Under the pieces are notes generated by a model. The model was not told the origin of the DNA. It saw only the letters and a program-made list of their open reading frames with translations, and ran no database searches. From a virus: 64,000 nt of DNA. Location of the stretch: the IMG/VR virus record IMGVR_UViG_3300027811_000039, positions 21,149 to 85,148 of that record, one strand, 5' to 3'. Shown in pieces: positions 26,218 through 35,717 of the stretch; position 1 is the stretch's first letter; each line of letters starts with the position of its first letter. The position numbers and the translations under genes are program-made.

Positions 26218-28737
26218 TTAAGGAGTAACCCCTCTAGCCCTTAATTGATTTTGTTGAAGTCTGAATAATTCTTTCGCTATCTCAGCGATATCAGTTTCTT
26301 TTCTAACATACACATTTTCCACCACAACAGGCGAATATGTCATTTCTGGTTGAGTCCCAGCAACGCTATTCGGTGTTGTTGTTCCAGTTGGTGCCGACAT
26401 CGCCGGATATGCCGTACCTGTATCCCCTGAAATAACAGTCGGAACACCAACTGATGCTATCCGTGATGTTGCCGTGCTAGTTGTCATACTTCGAGTTGCT
26501 GCCGTTGATCCACTTGATATCTCGGATGCTATTGTACTGAAATTACTTGATTGTGCTGCTTTTGTTGCACCTTTTATTTCCTTACTAAGTTTTGAAACAT
26601 GTTGAGTAACTGCTACCCAATCTGCATTACTTTCCTTTGCCTTTGCAGACGCATCCTTGATCGCTTGACCAAAATTCTCATATTGAAGTTTTGCATCATA
26701 TAATGCTGTTTCAGTATCAAGGAATTCTTTTGTATTGGTCTGCCCTGCTTTTGATAATGCATTCAACTTATTGGTTAAATCATTTACTTTTAGTGCAGCA
26801 ATTCTTTGCTGTGCTCCTATGACCTCAATAGATTTTCCTAAATATATGGTGCTATCAGTAGCAAGACCATTTTGAAGTCTAAATATTTCTAACTGTTTTC
26901 CTAAGATATCTATTTGATGATCAAAATAATCCAGAGCTGTTAATGCTATTTCTGTGGCACTACTGAATTCTTTAATTGCTCCTGTAGTATCAGTTACAGT
27001 ATTTCCCAATTTTTTGGCATCATCTGCAGCCTTTTGGAGTGAATTACCATAATCATTTGTCGCAGGAGTTGCCAACCCACTAATTCCACCAGTTACACTA
27101 GAAACAATACCTTTTACTTGGTTGATAACATTATTTGTCAATGCTGACCAGTTTTGAGATATAACTGCTTGGGCATTCCCAATTGACATTTGTGCATTTG
27201 AAAATGATACTTCTGCAGAACCAAGGGCATTGCTTAATCCTGATCCAAACGAATAAACAGAACGTCTAGCTGCATAAAAACCATTCGCAATCGCTGCCAA
27301 TGGCCCACCAAAACTTCCTAATCTATCAATAGTTGGTTGAATAATATCCAACATTCTATTAAATGCATTGTACATTACTGTTACGAGGCCCAACATTGTC
27401 CTTTTAGCATCTGCATACATAGCAGAAAAACCAGCAACGATTAATGCTGGTAATGCTTGAAATACTTTTGATATAGAACTCCAATTAGTAGCAACGATAT
27501 AGGCAAGTGCTGCAAACGCTGCTGCTGCCCCTGCAATTAAAGCAAACTTCAAAGATACTCCATTCAATACCAATGCTAAAGCTGTCATTCCACCGATTAC
27601 AGCTACTAATGTCGGAACAAAATACCCACCTAATTTAGCTGTTGCACCCTGTACTGCTGCCGTTATCTTATCCCAATTAGTGGCTATTAAATAAGCAACA
27701 TATCCGAATATTGCTCCCTTGATAATTGCTGGTAATAGAGCTAAAACAAATCTCCCGATCCACATTACAGCAAGGCCAATTGCTGGAACGAGTGCCCCCG
27801 CTATTGCTCCTGTTACAACGAATATCATAGCTAGAACTTGTGGTGGTATCATTTGTTTAATCGCTGCCGACATACTACCAGTTTTCTCTGCCAACTCTAT
27901 TACATTTTTAGTTAATTCTCTCAGATAACCAGTAAACTCGATTAATCCCCCTATGGCAGATTTTATCCCTAATAAATCAATGAGCATCGCTCCAAAATTG
28001 ATCATTATTTGTCCGACATTATCCTGCAAATTTGAAAACATTCCGAGTAAAGTCTTTGATTGTGCTTGCATTGATCCACCGAAACTATCAGCCATTCCTT
28101 TGAGCAAAGCACTTATTCCAGTTGCAGCATCAACCGTTCCCTTTGTAACTTGGGCCATTGCACCTTTGGTATCTGTGCCTATATTTTTAGCAAGTAATTT
28201 CCATACTGGTATCCCTGTCTCTGCTAATTGATTCATTTCCTCTGCTGATACCTTGCCCTTAGCATTCATCTGCCCTAATGCTCGGACAACCCTTGCTATT
28301 TCTACTTCCCCGCCACCCAATGCACCAACGGCATCCCCTATATTAGTCATCATTGGAATAATACTTTTTGCTTCAAATCCAAATGCTAATAATTGTTTCG
28401 ATGATTTCTGCAATCCTATCAATGTAAACGGTGTATGTGCTGCGAAGTCTGCCATCTCAGCTAAGAATTCTTTAGCTTTTTTTGCACTTCCTAATAGCGT
28501 TGTAAACGCTACCATCGTTTGTTCCATATCCCCAGCCATCTTTATTGATGCTAATCCAAATGCACCAATAGCGATTGCAGCTGCACCAACCATTTTGGAA
28601 AAAGTTACGCTTGCTTCCTGAGCTGCCGTTGCACTTCCCGCAAATGAATTTAAAGCATTTTGTGCTTGGTTCATTCCATTTATAAACGCTGAAACCGATG
28701 CCGAAACAACAACATCAATTGTATCAATCAATCCCAA
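26218..28737 (-). CDS. Tape measure protein
   Basis: F.TLLGS...A...L.E+.DFAA.TPF...LGQM.AKGK+..EE+NQL.E.GIP domain, plus Ala/Gly-rich hydrophobic middle. Confidence 0.95.
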   Translation of the reverse strand: MGLIDTIDVVVSASVSAFINGMNQAQNALNSFAGSATAAQEASVTFSKMVGAAAIAIGAFGLASIKMAGDMEQTMVAFTTLLGSAKKAKEFLAEMADFAAHTPFTLIGLQKSSKQLLAFGFEAKSIIPMMTNIGDAVGALGGGEVEIARVVRALGQMNAKGKVSAEEMNQLAETGIPVWKLLAKNIGTDTKGAMAQVTKGTVDAATGISALLKGMADSFGGSMQAQSKTLLGMFSNLQDNVGQIMINFGAMLIDLLGIKSAIGGLIEFTGYLRELTKNVIELAEKTGSMSAAIKQMIPPQVLAMIFVVTGAIAGALVPAIGLAVMWIGRFVLALLPAIIKGAIFGYVAYLIATNWDKITAAVQGATAKLGGYFVPTLVAVIGGMTALALVLNGVSLKFALIAGAAAAFAALAYIVATNWSSISKVFQALPALIVAGFSAMYADAKRTMLGLVTVMYNAFNRMLDIIQPTIDRLGSFGGPLAAIANGFYAARRSVYSFGSGLSNALGSAEVSFSNAQMSIGNAQAVISQNWSALTNNVINQVKGIVSSVTGGISGLATPATNDYGNSLQKAADDAKKLGNTVTDTTGAIKEFSSATEIALTALDYFDHQIDILGKQLEIFRLQNGLATDSTIYLGKSIEVIGAQQRIAALKVNDLTNKLNALSKAGQTNTKEFLDTETALYDAKLQYENFGQAIKDASAKAKESNADWVAVTQHVSKLSKEIKGATKAAQSSNFSTIASEISSGSTAATRSMTTSTATSRIASVGVPTVISGDTGTAYPAMSAPTGTTTPNSVAGTQPEMTYSPVVVENVYVRKETDIAEIAKELFRLQQNQLRARGVTP

Positions 28738-28768
28738 AATTCCTCACCTACTTTCTGGTGCGAATTTT

Positions 28769-28801
28769 AAAAAGATAACTCAACCACATTGATTGAGTTA
28801 T
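28769..28801 (-). terminator. Terminator-like hairpin between the chaperone genes and the tape measure gene
   Basis: 12-bp stem ATAACTCAATCA/TGGTTGAGTTAT followed by CTTTTT. Confidence 0.6.
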
Positions 28802-28971
28802 TTTTGTCTTCTTGCTTTATCTTCCTCAATTTTCCGCATTTTTGCTTCATACGAATAAAAAGCATTCCATTCATAGAACTCTGCAGTTCCCATTCTCTCT
28901 CTTAATTCAGCTACGGTCATCCTAAGTTCTTTTGCTAAAATAAATTCAAATCTATATTCTCCATCAAGGAC
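28798..28971 (-). CDS. Tail assembly chaperone C-terminal (GT-like) extension, +1 frame
   Basis: Hand-translated VLDGEYRFEFILAKELRMTVAELRERMGTAEFYEWNAFYSYEAKMRKIEEDKARRQK. It overlaps the chaperone stop, and no RBS-linked start was seen. Confidence 0.75.
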   Translation of the reverse strand, partial: VLDGEYRFEFILAKELRMTVAELRERMGTAEFYEWNAFYSYEAKMRKIEEDKARRQK

Positions 28972-29335
28972 GAAATCGTTTCTCCGCTTCTTTTACAGCT
29001 AACTCCGTCAACCCCGAAATAGCTAAGATTTCATTCAAAACTGTATCTACTGCTTTTGCAGATTTACCCTGAATCTCCAAATAATCTTGTTCGGTGAAAA
29101 CAGGATCAATAACACCATGAATAAACATTAGCAGCTCTAGTCGATCCGAATTGATTTCTTCGCCCAACACCGCTTCTTTTCTAAGTTGTTGTTGTTTCGC
29201 CTTACTGAACTCCCTAATTAAGACATCCCCACCCCACTCAGGAACATGAATTTCCTTTTCTTTAAGTGGAACGGATTTGATCTCACTTGCCGACAACCTA
29301 CTTTTCTTCTCTTTCATAAAAAAACTTCCCCCCAT
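28964..29335 (-). CDS. Tail assembly chaperone (G-like)
   Basis: +.VPEWGG.V.+RE....GV+DP.F...V+..I..+SGL, located before the tape measure gene. Confidence 0.8.
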   Translation of the reverse strand: MGGSFFMKEKKSRLSASEIKSVPLKEKEIHVPEWGGDVLIREFSKAKQQQLRKEAVLGEEINSDRLELLMFIHGVIDPVFTEQDYLEIQGKSAKAVDTVLNEILAISGLTELAVKEAEKRFRP

Positions 29336-29343
29336 AATTTTAA

Positions 29344-30990
29344 TTAAACGGCTGTTGACCTTGAAACTGTTCCTGAAACTTGAAATGAAGCAGTAAATGT
29401 TGCTGCACTATCAATGGCAACAGGCACCTCATAACTCGTTAAGAAACAAGTCCCACTATATTTCGCATACATACCATTAACTGGTGCTGTTGTCCCGGGA
29501 TAATACACGAAAGCAGCCGATGTTCCCAATATTCCAGATAGATATCTATTTGGTGTGGTAGAAAATATTCCCTCTATCGAAATAGTTGCATCCCTCAACC
29601 CCGCAACATATTCTTTCGAAGAACTGCAAAACACCGAAACCTCGACTGTATCTAATGTCCTCGGAAATGTTACACTCTTGATCCAACAATTTAAAAGTCT
29701 CTCGGTTCCACCAGAATCCGTAATGCTGAAACCAGAATTCTTCCCATGAACTGCATGGACTGGACTTGGGTAAGTCAGAAGTAGATCACTCAAACTTTCA
29801 GCAAAATTTAGATCAATATCTGCACCAGTTACACCATAGGCAGCACCCAATCCATTCAAATCACTTGAATATTGCCATGCATTCCAGAAATCATTTACAT
29901 AATTTCCAAACGCAAGATAATCAAATGATGGATAAACCCCAGCACCAAAATTAGCTGCCAACCATAACGGTGCAATTAATCCCACTCCACCTTTGACAGA
30001 ATGGACTAATTCATTAGGCACGGTTGCCATTGTGTCAATAGTATAATAGGCCGTATACAACATTACCTGTTTACCAGTTAATTGCCTGAACTTATTAACA
30101 AATGCTTCAATAAAATCATAACCCGAATCATTCGTAACTGCTGGATATATACTGCCAAATTGATTTTCAAAATCCAATACTGGCATTATATCTCCCCAAT
30201 CAGAACCACCTAATTCATTGTCAATAAACGTCTTAAATAATATTGCCTCTGCTTCCGCATCTGCTACAGAAGTCAACCATCTTAAATTTGCAACATCATA
30301 GTAATTCATTCCTTTGAACCAATAAAACCCTACTGCTATTCCTGCAGCTCTTGCAGCTGCAATATTAACAGCAAGCATTTGGGCATCCTGTGAATAATGG
30401 GATGGTGCTGCATCTGCCGTTACGACCCATGCACCATCTGCTGAATCTGCATAGGTTCCAGTACCGACACTATTGACATCAAAAATCGTTTCCCAAACAA
30501 CATCATCTGTACTATATTCAACGAGCAAATCATTGAATGTCCTACCTGTGACTTGTTTTAAAACGAAATATCTAATGTTGGTCGATGCAGTTAAATCAAC
30601 TTTTACCCATTGTGCCGATCCACTTCCAATGGTAACAGAAGTCGCAAGACTTCCATCTGTAAAATTTGCCAATGCCCCAGCCGTAGGTGCAATCGAAGAT
30701 GTTACAGTTTTTCCACCTGCTACCTCTGTCAAAGCAGTATTATAAACTTCTATTTCATTGAAAACATTATCTCCATTCACATCACTACCATTACAAGTAA
30801 CCCGAATGTACCTAGCTGTATGGAAATCAAAACCATTCCCACCAGCTTTCAACCATACAAATCTTACCCCTGCACCATACATAGTTGCCCAATTGATAGG
30901 ATATTGAGCACTTGCTACATCTGCACCCTGAACCAATCCAGCTTGATCCACCAAGCTGTACCATTGAAAATATCCCGCTGACTGAGTCAC
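29344..30990 (-). CDS. GH25 lysozyme with an inserted discoidin/F5-8-like domain, fused to a C-terminal tail-tube domain
   Basis: GADVASAQ, PVLDFE and WQYSS...G.DIDLN motifs. The last ~140 aa are near-identical to 31036-31449. Confidence 0.85.
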   Translation of the reverse strand: MTQSAGYFQWYSLVDQAGLVQGADVASAQYPINWATMYGAGVRFVWLKAGGNGFDFHTARYIRVTCNGSDVNGDNVFNEIEVYNTALTEVAGGKTVTSSIAPTAGALANFTDGSLATSVTIGSGSAQWVKVDLTASTNIRYFVLKQVTGRTFNDLLVEYSTDDVVWETIFDVNSVGTGTYADSADGAWVVTADAAPSHYSQDAQMLAVNIAAARAAGIAVGFYWFKGMNYYDVANLRWLTSVADAEAEAILFKTFIDNELGGSDWGDIMPVLDFENQFGSIYPAVTNDSGYDFIEAFVNKFRQLTGKQVMLYTAYYTIDTMATVPNELVHSVKGGVGLIAPLWLAANFGAGVYPSFDYLAFGNYVNDFWNAWQYSSDLNGLGAAYGVTGADIDLNFAESLSDLLLTYPSPVHAVHGKNSGFSITDSGGTERLLNCWIKSVTFPRTLDTVEVSVFCSSSKEYVAGLRDATISIEGIFSTTPNRYLSGILGTSAAFVYYPGTTAPVNGMYAKYSGTCFLTSYEVPVAIDSAATFTASFQVSGTVSRSTAV

Positions 30991-31035
30991 ATCCCCCTCA
31001 CCCTCCTCCCTTTAAAATATTAATATGAAAAACAA

Positions 31036-31449
31036 TTATGCTGTCGTAGTCCTACTGACTGTACCCGATACTTGGAAAGCTGCTGTAAAAGTCGCTGCTG
31101 CATCTACGGCAGTCGGGATCTCATACGATGTCAAGAAACAAGTTCCAGTATATTTAGCATATTTCCCTGCTACTGGTGCTGTCGTCCCGGGATAAAAAGC
31201 AAATGCTGCAGAAGTGCCCAATATCCCATTCAAATACCCATCAACTGTGGTTGAAAATATTCCTTCCACACTTAATGTCGCATCTCTCAAACCAACGACA
31301 TATTCCTTGGCTGAACTACAAAAAACCGATACTTCAACTGTATCAGCAGTTCTTGGGAATGTGACACTTTTGACCCAACAATTTAATAATCTTGGTGTTC
31401 CACCCGAATCTGTAATACTAAATCCCGCATTTTTACCATGTACTGCCAA
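31036..31449 (-). CDS. Major tail tube protein
   Basis: AVHGKN...T.EVS.F....KEYV.GLRDAT+S+EG.F...Y.IPT.VD....F.A.FQVSG. TTG start at 31449. Confidence 0.85.
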   Translation of the reverse strand: MAVHGKNAGFSITDSGGTPRLLNCWVKSVTFPRTADTVEVSVFCSSAKEYVVGLRDATLSVEGIFSTTVDGYLNGILGTSAAFAFYPGTTAPVAGKYAKYTGTCFLTSYEIPTAVDAAATFTAAFQVSGTVSRTTTA

Positions 31450-31470
31450 TGTAAACAACTCCTTCCAAAG

Positions 31471-32169
31471 TTATAATCTCTTAACTCCTGTATTAAAAGC
31501 TGCTGTCCCAGCTCCCGAAAATGTCCACGATGTACGAGTATATCGTTTGATATTAGTCCCTGTAGATGCTCTCTGTGCCGTTCTAACCGATGAAGCAAAT
31601 GTCTGAACTGTTGCCCACGATGTTCCAGCAGATGAATGTTGAATATTAACCGTTACAGTTATACCACCAGTAATTCCATCTAATTGCAAATACGTCAATA
31701 TCCCTCCTGTTGTTGCGACTAAATTATCGTATGCCGTACCAACGCCAGAACTTGCCCTTGTCTGGAATGCTATATGGGAGATAATATTATCTACTCCAAG
31801 TGTTGCTTGACCAGCAACCGTAACGCCAACTGCTCCATCTACAGGACTCATGATTTCATACGATGTTTGGTCAGTCTTTATTCCATAACCCGGTTGACCA
31901 ACTCCCGATCTATTTGGATAATACGTCCATATACTAGTCGATGCTAAAGTCTGATTAAATACATAATCAGTTTCTAATGTGCTTCCCGCAAAAAATCCCT
32001 CAGCAGATATCGTGCCATCTCTTAATCCCACAATATAAGTTTTACTTTCTTGATTGAATGCACTTACATCTACCACATCTGCAGATTGTATTACTGAAAA
32101 ACTTTTGAGATAAGTTGTCAAATCATATCCATTAATATACGTTCTTGCATTTTTACCATGATTAGCCAA
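31471..32169 (-). CDS. Tail-tube paralog with C-terminal beta-sandwich extension
   Basis: ANHGKN...DV+DVSAF...K.Y+.GLRDG.IS.EGFF...YEI.SPVDG. Confidence 0.75.
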   Translation of the reverse strand: MANHGKNARTYINGYDLTTYLKSFSVIQSADVVDVSAFNQESKTYIVGLRDGTISAEGFFAGSTLETDYVFNQTLASTSIWTYYPNRSGVGQPGYGIKTDQTSYEIMSPVDGAVGVTVAGQATLGVDNIISHIAFQTRASSGVGTAYDNLVATTGGILTYLQLDGITGGITVTVNIQHSSAGTSWATVQTFASSVRTAQRASTGTNIKRYTRTSWTFSGAGTAAFNTGVKRL

Positions 32170-32187
32170 TTCATTACCTCCTCCCTC

Positions 32188-32604
32188 CTAAGTCGATATG
32201 GTTTTCATTACAGCAAAATTACACGCTACAAGATTGCGTGAATTTTCATCTATACCCAAACGAAATGGAGATTGTATTGCATTGACCCTAAGATAAAAAC
32301 TTCCAGAATCTAAGCTAGAAGCCTTTATCGTTTGATTAGCTATTCCAATCAAAACCCTGAAAGCACTTTCTGCTTTATTTCTAGCGAATTGATATTCGGT
32401 TGATCTGGAAATAATCTGAATTCTTGGGTTCTCCCATGCTGCAACATTAGTCGATCCGAATGTATCCTGTGGTCTCTCTCCACCAGTTTCATAAATAATT
32501 AAAAGTGAATCTGGTTTATTGGGCGAATACGACTTGAAAATATTAGTTCCAACAGTACCGATTCCATTATCTTGAAGGTGTCTTGCCAATTCATCCAATA
32601 TCAT
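32188..32604 (-). CDS. Tail terminator / minor capsid protein
   Basis: L...GIG..G.+IF....P..PD....YETGG..P...P..Q+..R...P..LG.DEN.R....NF. Confidence 0.8.
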   Translation of the reverse strand: MILDELARHLQDNGIGTVGTNIFKSYSPNKPDSLLIIYETGGERPQDTFGSTNVAAWENPRIQIISRSTEYQFARNKAESAFRVLIGIANQTIKASSLDSGSFYLRVNAIQSPFRLGIDENSRNLVACNFAVMKTIST

Positions 32605-32628
32605 AATTTACACCTTCCTTAATCCAAA

Positions 32629-33021
32629 CTACTGCGATGATATAAGTTGATTTACCGTTGCTTCTACTGCACCCCTAACATGGCCCCTCTGATCTTGGAC
32701 AGCACTTTCATAATATTTGACTCTACCTACATGGTGATATACATTTAGATCTTCATGCACTTTAAGGGCATAAGATGCAGATGGCCCACCAAATGCTCCC
32801 ATACTTTTTATCGTCCTAGCTAATACAACTGGTGGAACAACATGACCCGATGCCCTTAATGCTCCTGTATCAACTGGTGTTCTTTCCTTCGCCAATGTCA
32901 TGATAATTTCATGTTCACGATTGAGTGTTATCATCAATGCTGGGATTATCCCATTAGCTATTGCATTAAAATCACGAACAGTTTCAACTATTCCTGTTAC
33001 AGTAATTGTTGTGTCAGTCAT
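32629..33021 (-). CDS. HK97 gp10-like neck/tail component
   Basis: AKE.TPVDTG.LRASG...YA..VHE...G..KY.E. Confidence 0.8.
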   Translation of the reverse strand: MTDTTITVTGIVETVRDFNAIANGIIPALMITLNREHEIIMTLAKERTPVDTGALRASGHVVPPVVLARTIKSMGAFGGPSASYALKVHEDLNVYHHVGRVKYYESAVQDQRGHVRGAVEATVNQLISSQ

Positions 33022-33356
33022 TATCCCTTCCTCCCAAATTTTATTCTAATATGATGATATGCCCCATCTTCATCTGGAAAAGCATCCATATCTAAAATCT
33101 TGGGTTGTGTCCCATCTGGAAAAGTTATTTGATCTTCTGGATCAAACGTCCCTGTTGATGCTACATAGACAACGGCTACAACCAAATTTTCAGCTTCCAT
33201 ATCTCTCGATATAGCTTGATGAAGGTGAACTATACGACATTGATAATCACTTGATGCCGTTGAATAAAGTGGTGCTCCATAGGCTGAATATCCTAATATT
33301 TGATTCCTCACAATTGTATCTCTCATAAATTCAAGGAATTCAGTTTCAAAGCTCAT
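33021..33356 (-). CDS. Head closure/stopper protein
   Basis: Position and D.+T.PDG.+P.I...DE.G..HH motif. Confidence 0.7.
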   Translation of the reverse strand: MSFETEFLEFMRDTIVRNQILGYSAYGAPLYSTASSDYQCRIVHLHQAISRDMEAENLVVAVVYVASTGTFDPEDQITFPDGTQPKILDMDAFPDEDGAYHHIRIKFGRKG

Positions 33357-33369
33357 ACTTTATCACCCC

Positions 33370-33801
33370 TTAGCTTGACGAACCAACTAGGGTTCCCGGG
33401 AAATCATTCATGTGTTTATAGAATTCTGGAACAACTCTATCCGTATTTTGTTCCTGACTTTGTTTATCAGCCTTAGATATCCCACCAGCATATACTTGTG
33501 GTCTACCTCTATATAACCTTGATAAAATCCAAAGTCTACCCGCTTGATCCCTAAATGATCTAGATTTTTCCACAAGATTAATCCTTAAATCGCCAACCGA
33601 CTTATCGGATGCCTCTCTCGAAAATTTACTTGAAAGTGTTTCGCATCCCATAGCTGCAGCTGCGATTGGATTCGGAAATATACTGAGCAAATAATATATT
33701 TCTTCATCACTTAATAATTGATCAGTTATATCCGTATCCCTAACAAGGAACCTAACTTCATCTTTCAGATTATCTGCTGGGTAGCCATCATAACTCCACA
33801 A
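33370..33801 (-). CDS. Head-tail connector/adaptor
   Basis: WSY.G.P....DEVRFLV.DTD....LL.DEEI.YL...A...C....KF...VGDL. TTG start at 33801. Confidence 0.75.
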   Translation of the reverse strand: MWSYDGYPADNLKDEVRFLVRDTDITDQLLSDEEIYYLLSIFPNPIAAAAMGCETLSSKFSREASDKSVGDLRINLVEKSRSFRDQAGRLWILSRLYRGRPQVYAGGISKADKQSQEQNTDRVVPEFYKHMNDFPGTLVGSSS

Positions 33802-33879
33802 AATATTACACCCCTTCCATATATTTTCAGTATATACATACTTAATCAGCATGTATAATTCAATTTGGGGTGGTTAAAC

Positions 33880-34422
33880 ATGAAGAAACCCAAACTTTAT
33901 ATAGGTGATAATAACTTAATTAAAACTTGTTCTGATTGTGGACATATTAAAGAAATAGGCGAATTCCATAAGAATAAGAATGGACTCTTTGGTGTTAGGG
34001 GAAATTGTAAACATTGTAGAATTGAGTATAATAGAACATATTCAAAAAATTACGCTAAAACTCCAAAAGGAATAATTACCTGTGCTCGTTCAATCAAAAA
34101 ATATCAGTCTAGCGAAAAATATAAAACGACCTCAAGGCTATATTGGCAAAATCACAAAGAGGCACTGAACAGAAAAACTAGAAATGCAAAAATCAAACGA
34201 AAGATAATTATGGATCAATTTGAACCTATAGATCATATTCGCGTAGCCAACAGAGATCAATGGACATGCTACTTGTGTAATAAACAAATTGAAGGAAATG
34301 ATTTATCCATTGATCATGTTATTCCACTTTCAAAAGGTGGCAGTCATACATATGAAAATGTTAAAGCCACTCATTTAATTTGTAATTTAAGAAAGGGAAC
34401 AAAACTAATCAAAGTCATATGA
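33880..34422 (+). CDS. HNH endonuclease (opposite strand)
   Basis: C..C...K...EF...C..C N-terminus and W.CYLC...SIDHVIPLSKGG.H...N+...H..CN..KG. Confidence 0.9.
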   Translation: MKKPKLYIGDNNLIKTCSDCGHIKEIGEFHKNKNGLFGVRGNCKHCRIEYNRTYSKNYAKTPKGIITCARSIKKYQSSEKYKTTSRLYWQNHKEALNRKTRNAKIKRKIIMDQFEPIDHIRVANRDQWTCYLCNKQIEGNDLSIDHVIPLSKGGSHTYENVKATHLICNLRKGTKLIKVI

Positions 34423-34459
34423 CCACATGATGTGAAACACCTCCCAACACAAAAGGCAG

Positions 34460-34714
34460 CTATTTAGCTGCCTTTCCTTTTGACTCCTTCTTTAAATCTT
34501 CAACATTTCCATCCGTTATGCCGAATAATTTTTCCCTTTTTGATTTAACATCCAATAACGAACCCCTATAAATGATTCGCCCTAGAATTAACGCCACCAT
34601 TCTTTGTTCATTAACATTATTGAATTGCTCAGTTGTATAAATCTCTCCCGCCTTTAATGGCAAATCATCAAATCTATATCCATTCCTCAAAACTAAATGA
34701 TATAGTTCACTCAT
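34460..34714 (-). CDS. Hypothetical protein in the head-neck module
   Basis: ATGA-type overlap with the upstream gene. Confidence 0.55.
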   Translation of the reverse strand: MSELYHLVLRNGYRFDDLPLKAGEIYTTEQFNNVNEQRMVALILGRIIYRGSLLDVKSKREKLFGITDGNVEDLKKESKGKAAK

Positions 34715-35670
34715 TTTTGTGGCCTTCCCTTCGGCTTAGAATAAACGTCTAATCTAGTTGGATTTCCAAGTCGCATAATATATTCAACATCGTGTAATGC
34801 TCCAAGAAGATTTTGCTCGGCTTGAAGTTGCTGATTAGCTTGTTCCTGCATCCCAATCCTTTGTCTTCTGGTATTTTCAACTCGCTCAATTAATTCTGTA
34901 CGTCTTGCTTCCAACTTTTGCATATACGCTGTCGCATCATCGTAACCATAAAGGAATGGACTTAGGAGGAGATCCGAAACAGGTGGTTTATAGAGTTTAA
35001 TGCCCTTTCCCCTAGCCCACCCAAGGAAGAACTCACAACTTGGTCTTTGGTGCTGGAACTCTTGATCCTGTGCCATATTGACACCATAAACCTGAATATC
35101 CTTGTAACCCATCTTGATCGCAAGGGCTATCATCCATGAAATAGAATTGGTGAAATATGATCTCTGTCTAACATCTGGTTGATCCAATGCCATTTCTTCA
35201 CCATATATATCAAACTCTTCCAGAACTTCCTGTAATGGATATTCAATCGAATTCGGAATGTTTGGATGTTTTCTCCACATGAGTACAGGACACTTTAAGA
35301 AACCAAGATTCCTAACTTGTTGTGCATCCCTAATTGTTGGTGGCTCATAACCATGCAATTGAAACCACGCTGTTGCTCTTAATGCAATCTTGGGCCTATC
35401 TAGATACAACTCATTCAATGCCCAAACATCAATACCTTTTGCATCAAGTGGTGCCCATTTCAAACTGTCAGGTGCAAATCCAAGAATCATAACACTATCG
35501 TTATATCTCTTGAATTCATAGATCTCCTCTTTTGAAACTGTAGCTTTCGATAAATCATAGAATTTAGGAATTGGTTTTTCTACTTCAACTGGTTGATCAT
35601 TTTCAATGATAGTCTCTCTTACCTCTTGATCCAACATCGTTAATTCTTCACTCATAAATTTAGTGGGCAT
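34711..35670 (-). CDS. Cst-II(GT42)/Maf/DUF115-like Rossmann-fold transferase candidate
   Basis: MILGFAPDSL...DVWALNELY and TNSISWMIALAIKMGYKDIQVYGVNM parallel Cst-II IIAGNGPSL...DVFRCNQFY and TSGVYMCAVAIALGYKEIYLSGIDF (recalled from memory). Confidence 0.55.
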   Translation of the reverse strand: MPTKFMSEELTMLDQEVRETIIENDQPVEVEKPIPKFYDLSKATVSKEEIYEFKRYNDSVMILGFAPDSLKWAPLDAKGIDVWALNELYLDRPKIALRATAWFQLHGYEPPTIRDAQQVRNLGFLKCPVLMWRKHPNIPNSIEYPLQEVLEEFDIYGEEMALDQPDVRQRSYFTNSISWMIALAIKMGYKDIQVYGVNMAQDQEFQHQRPSCEFFLGWARGKGIKLYKPPVSDLLLSPFLYGYDDATAYMQKLEARRTELIERVENTRRQRIGMQEQANQQLQAEQNLLGALHDVEYIMRLGNPTRLDVYSKPKGRPQK

Positions 35671-35717
35671 CTCCCCCCAAAGGATTGCCCTTGTCCCTCC
35701 CTTAATCTTTTCTTTTT

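Noticed and set aside
26218-33356. Contractile (myovirus/PBSX-like) tail suggested by the XkdF domain
   Set aside because: No sheath, baseplate wedge or LysM genes. The tube-chaperone-TMP-Dit-Tal order is siphoviral.
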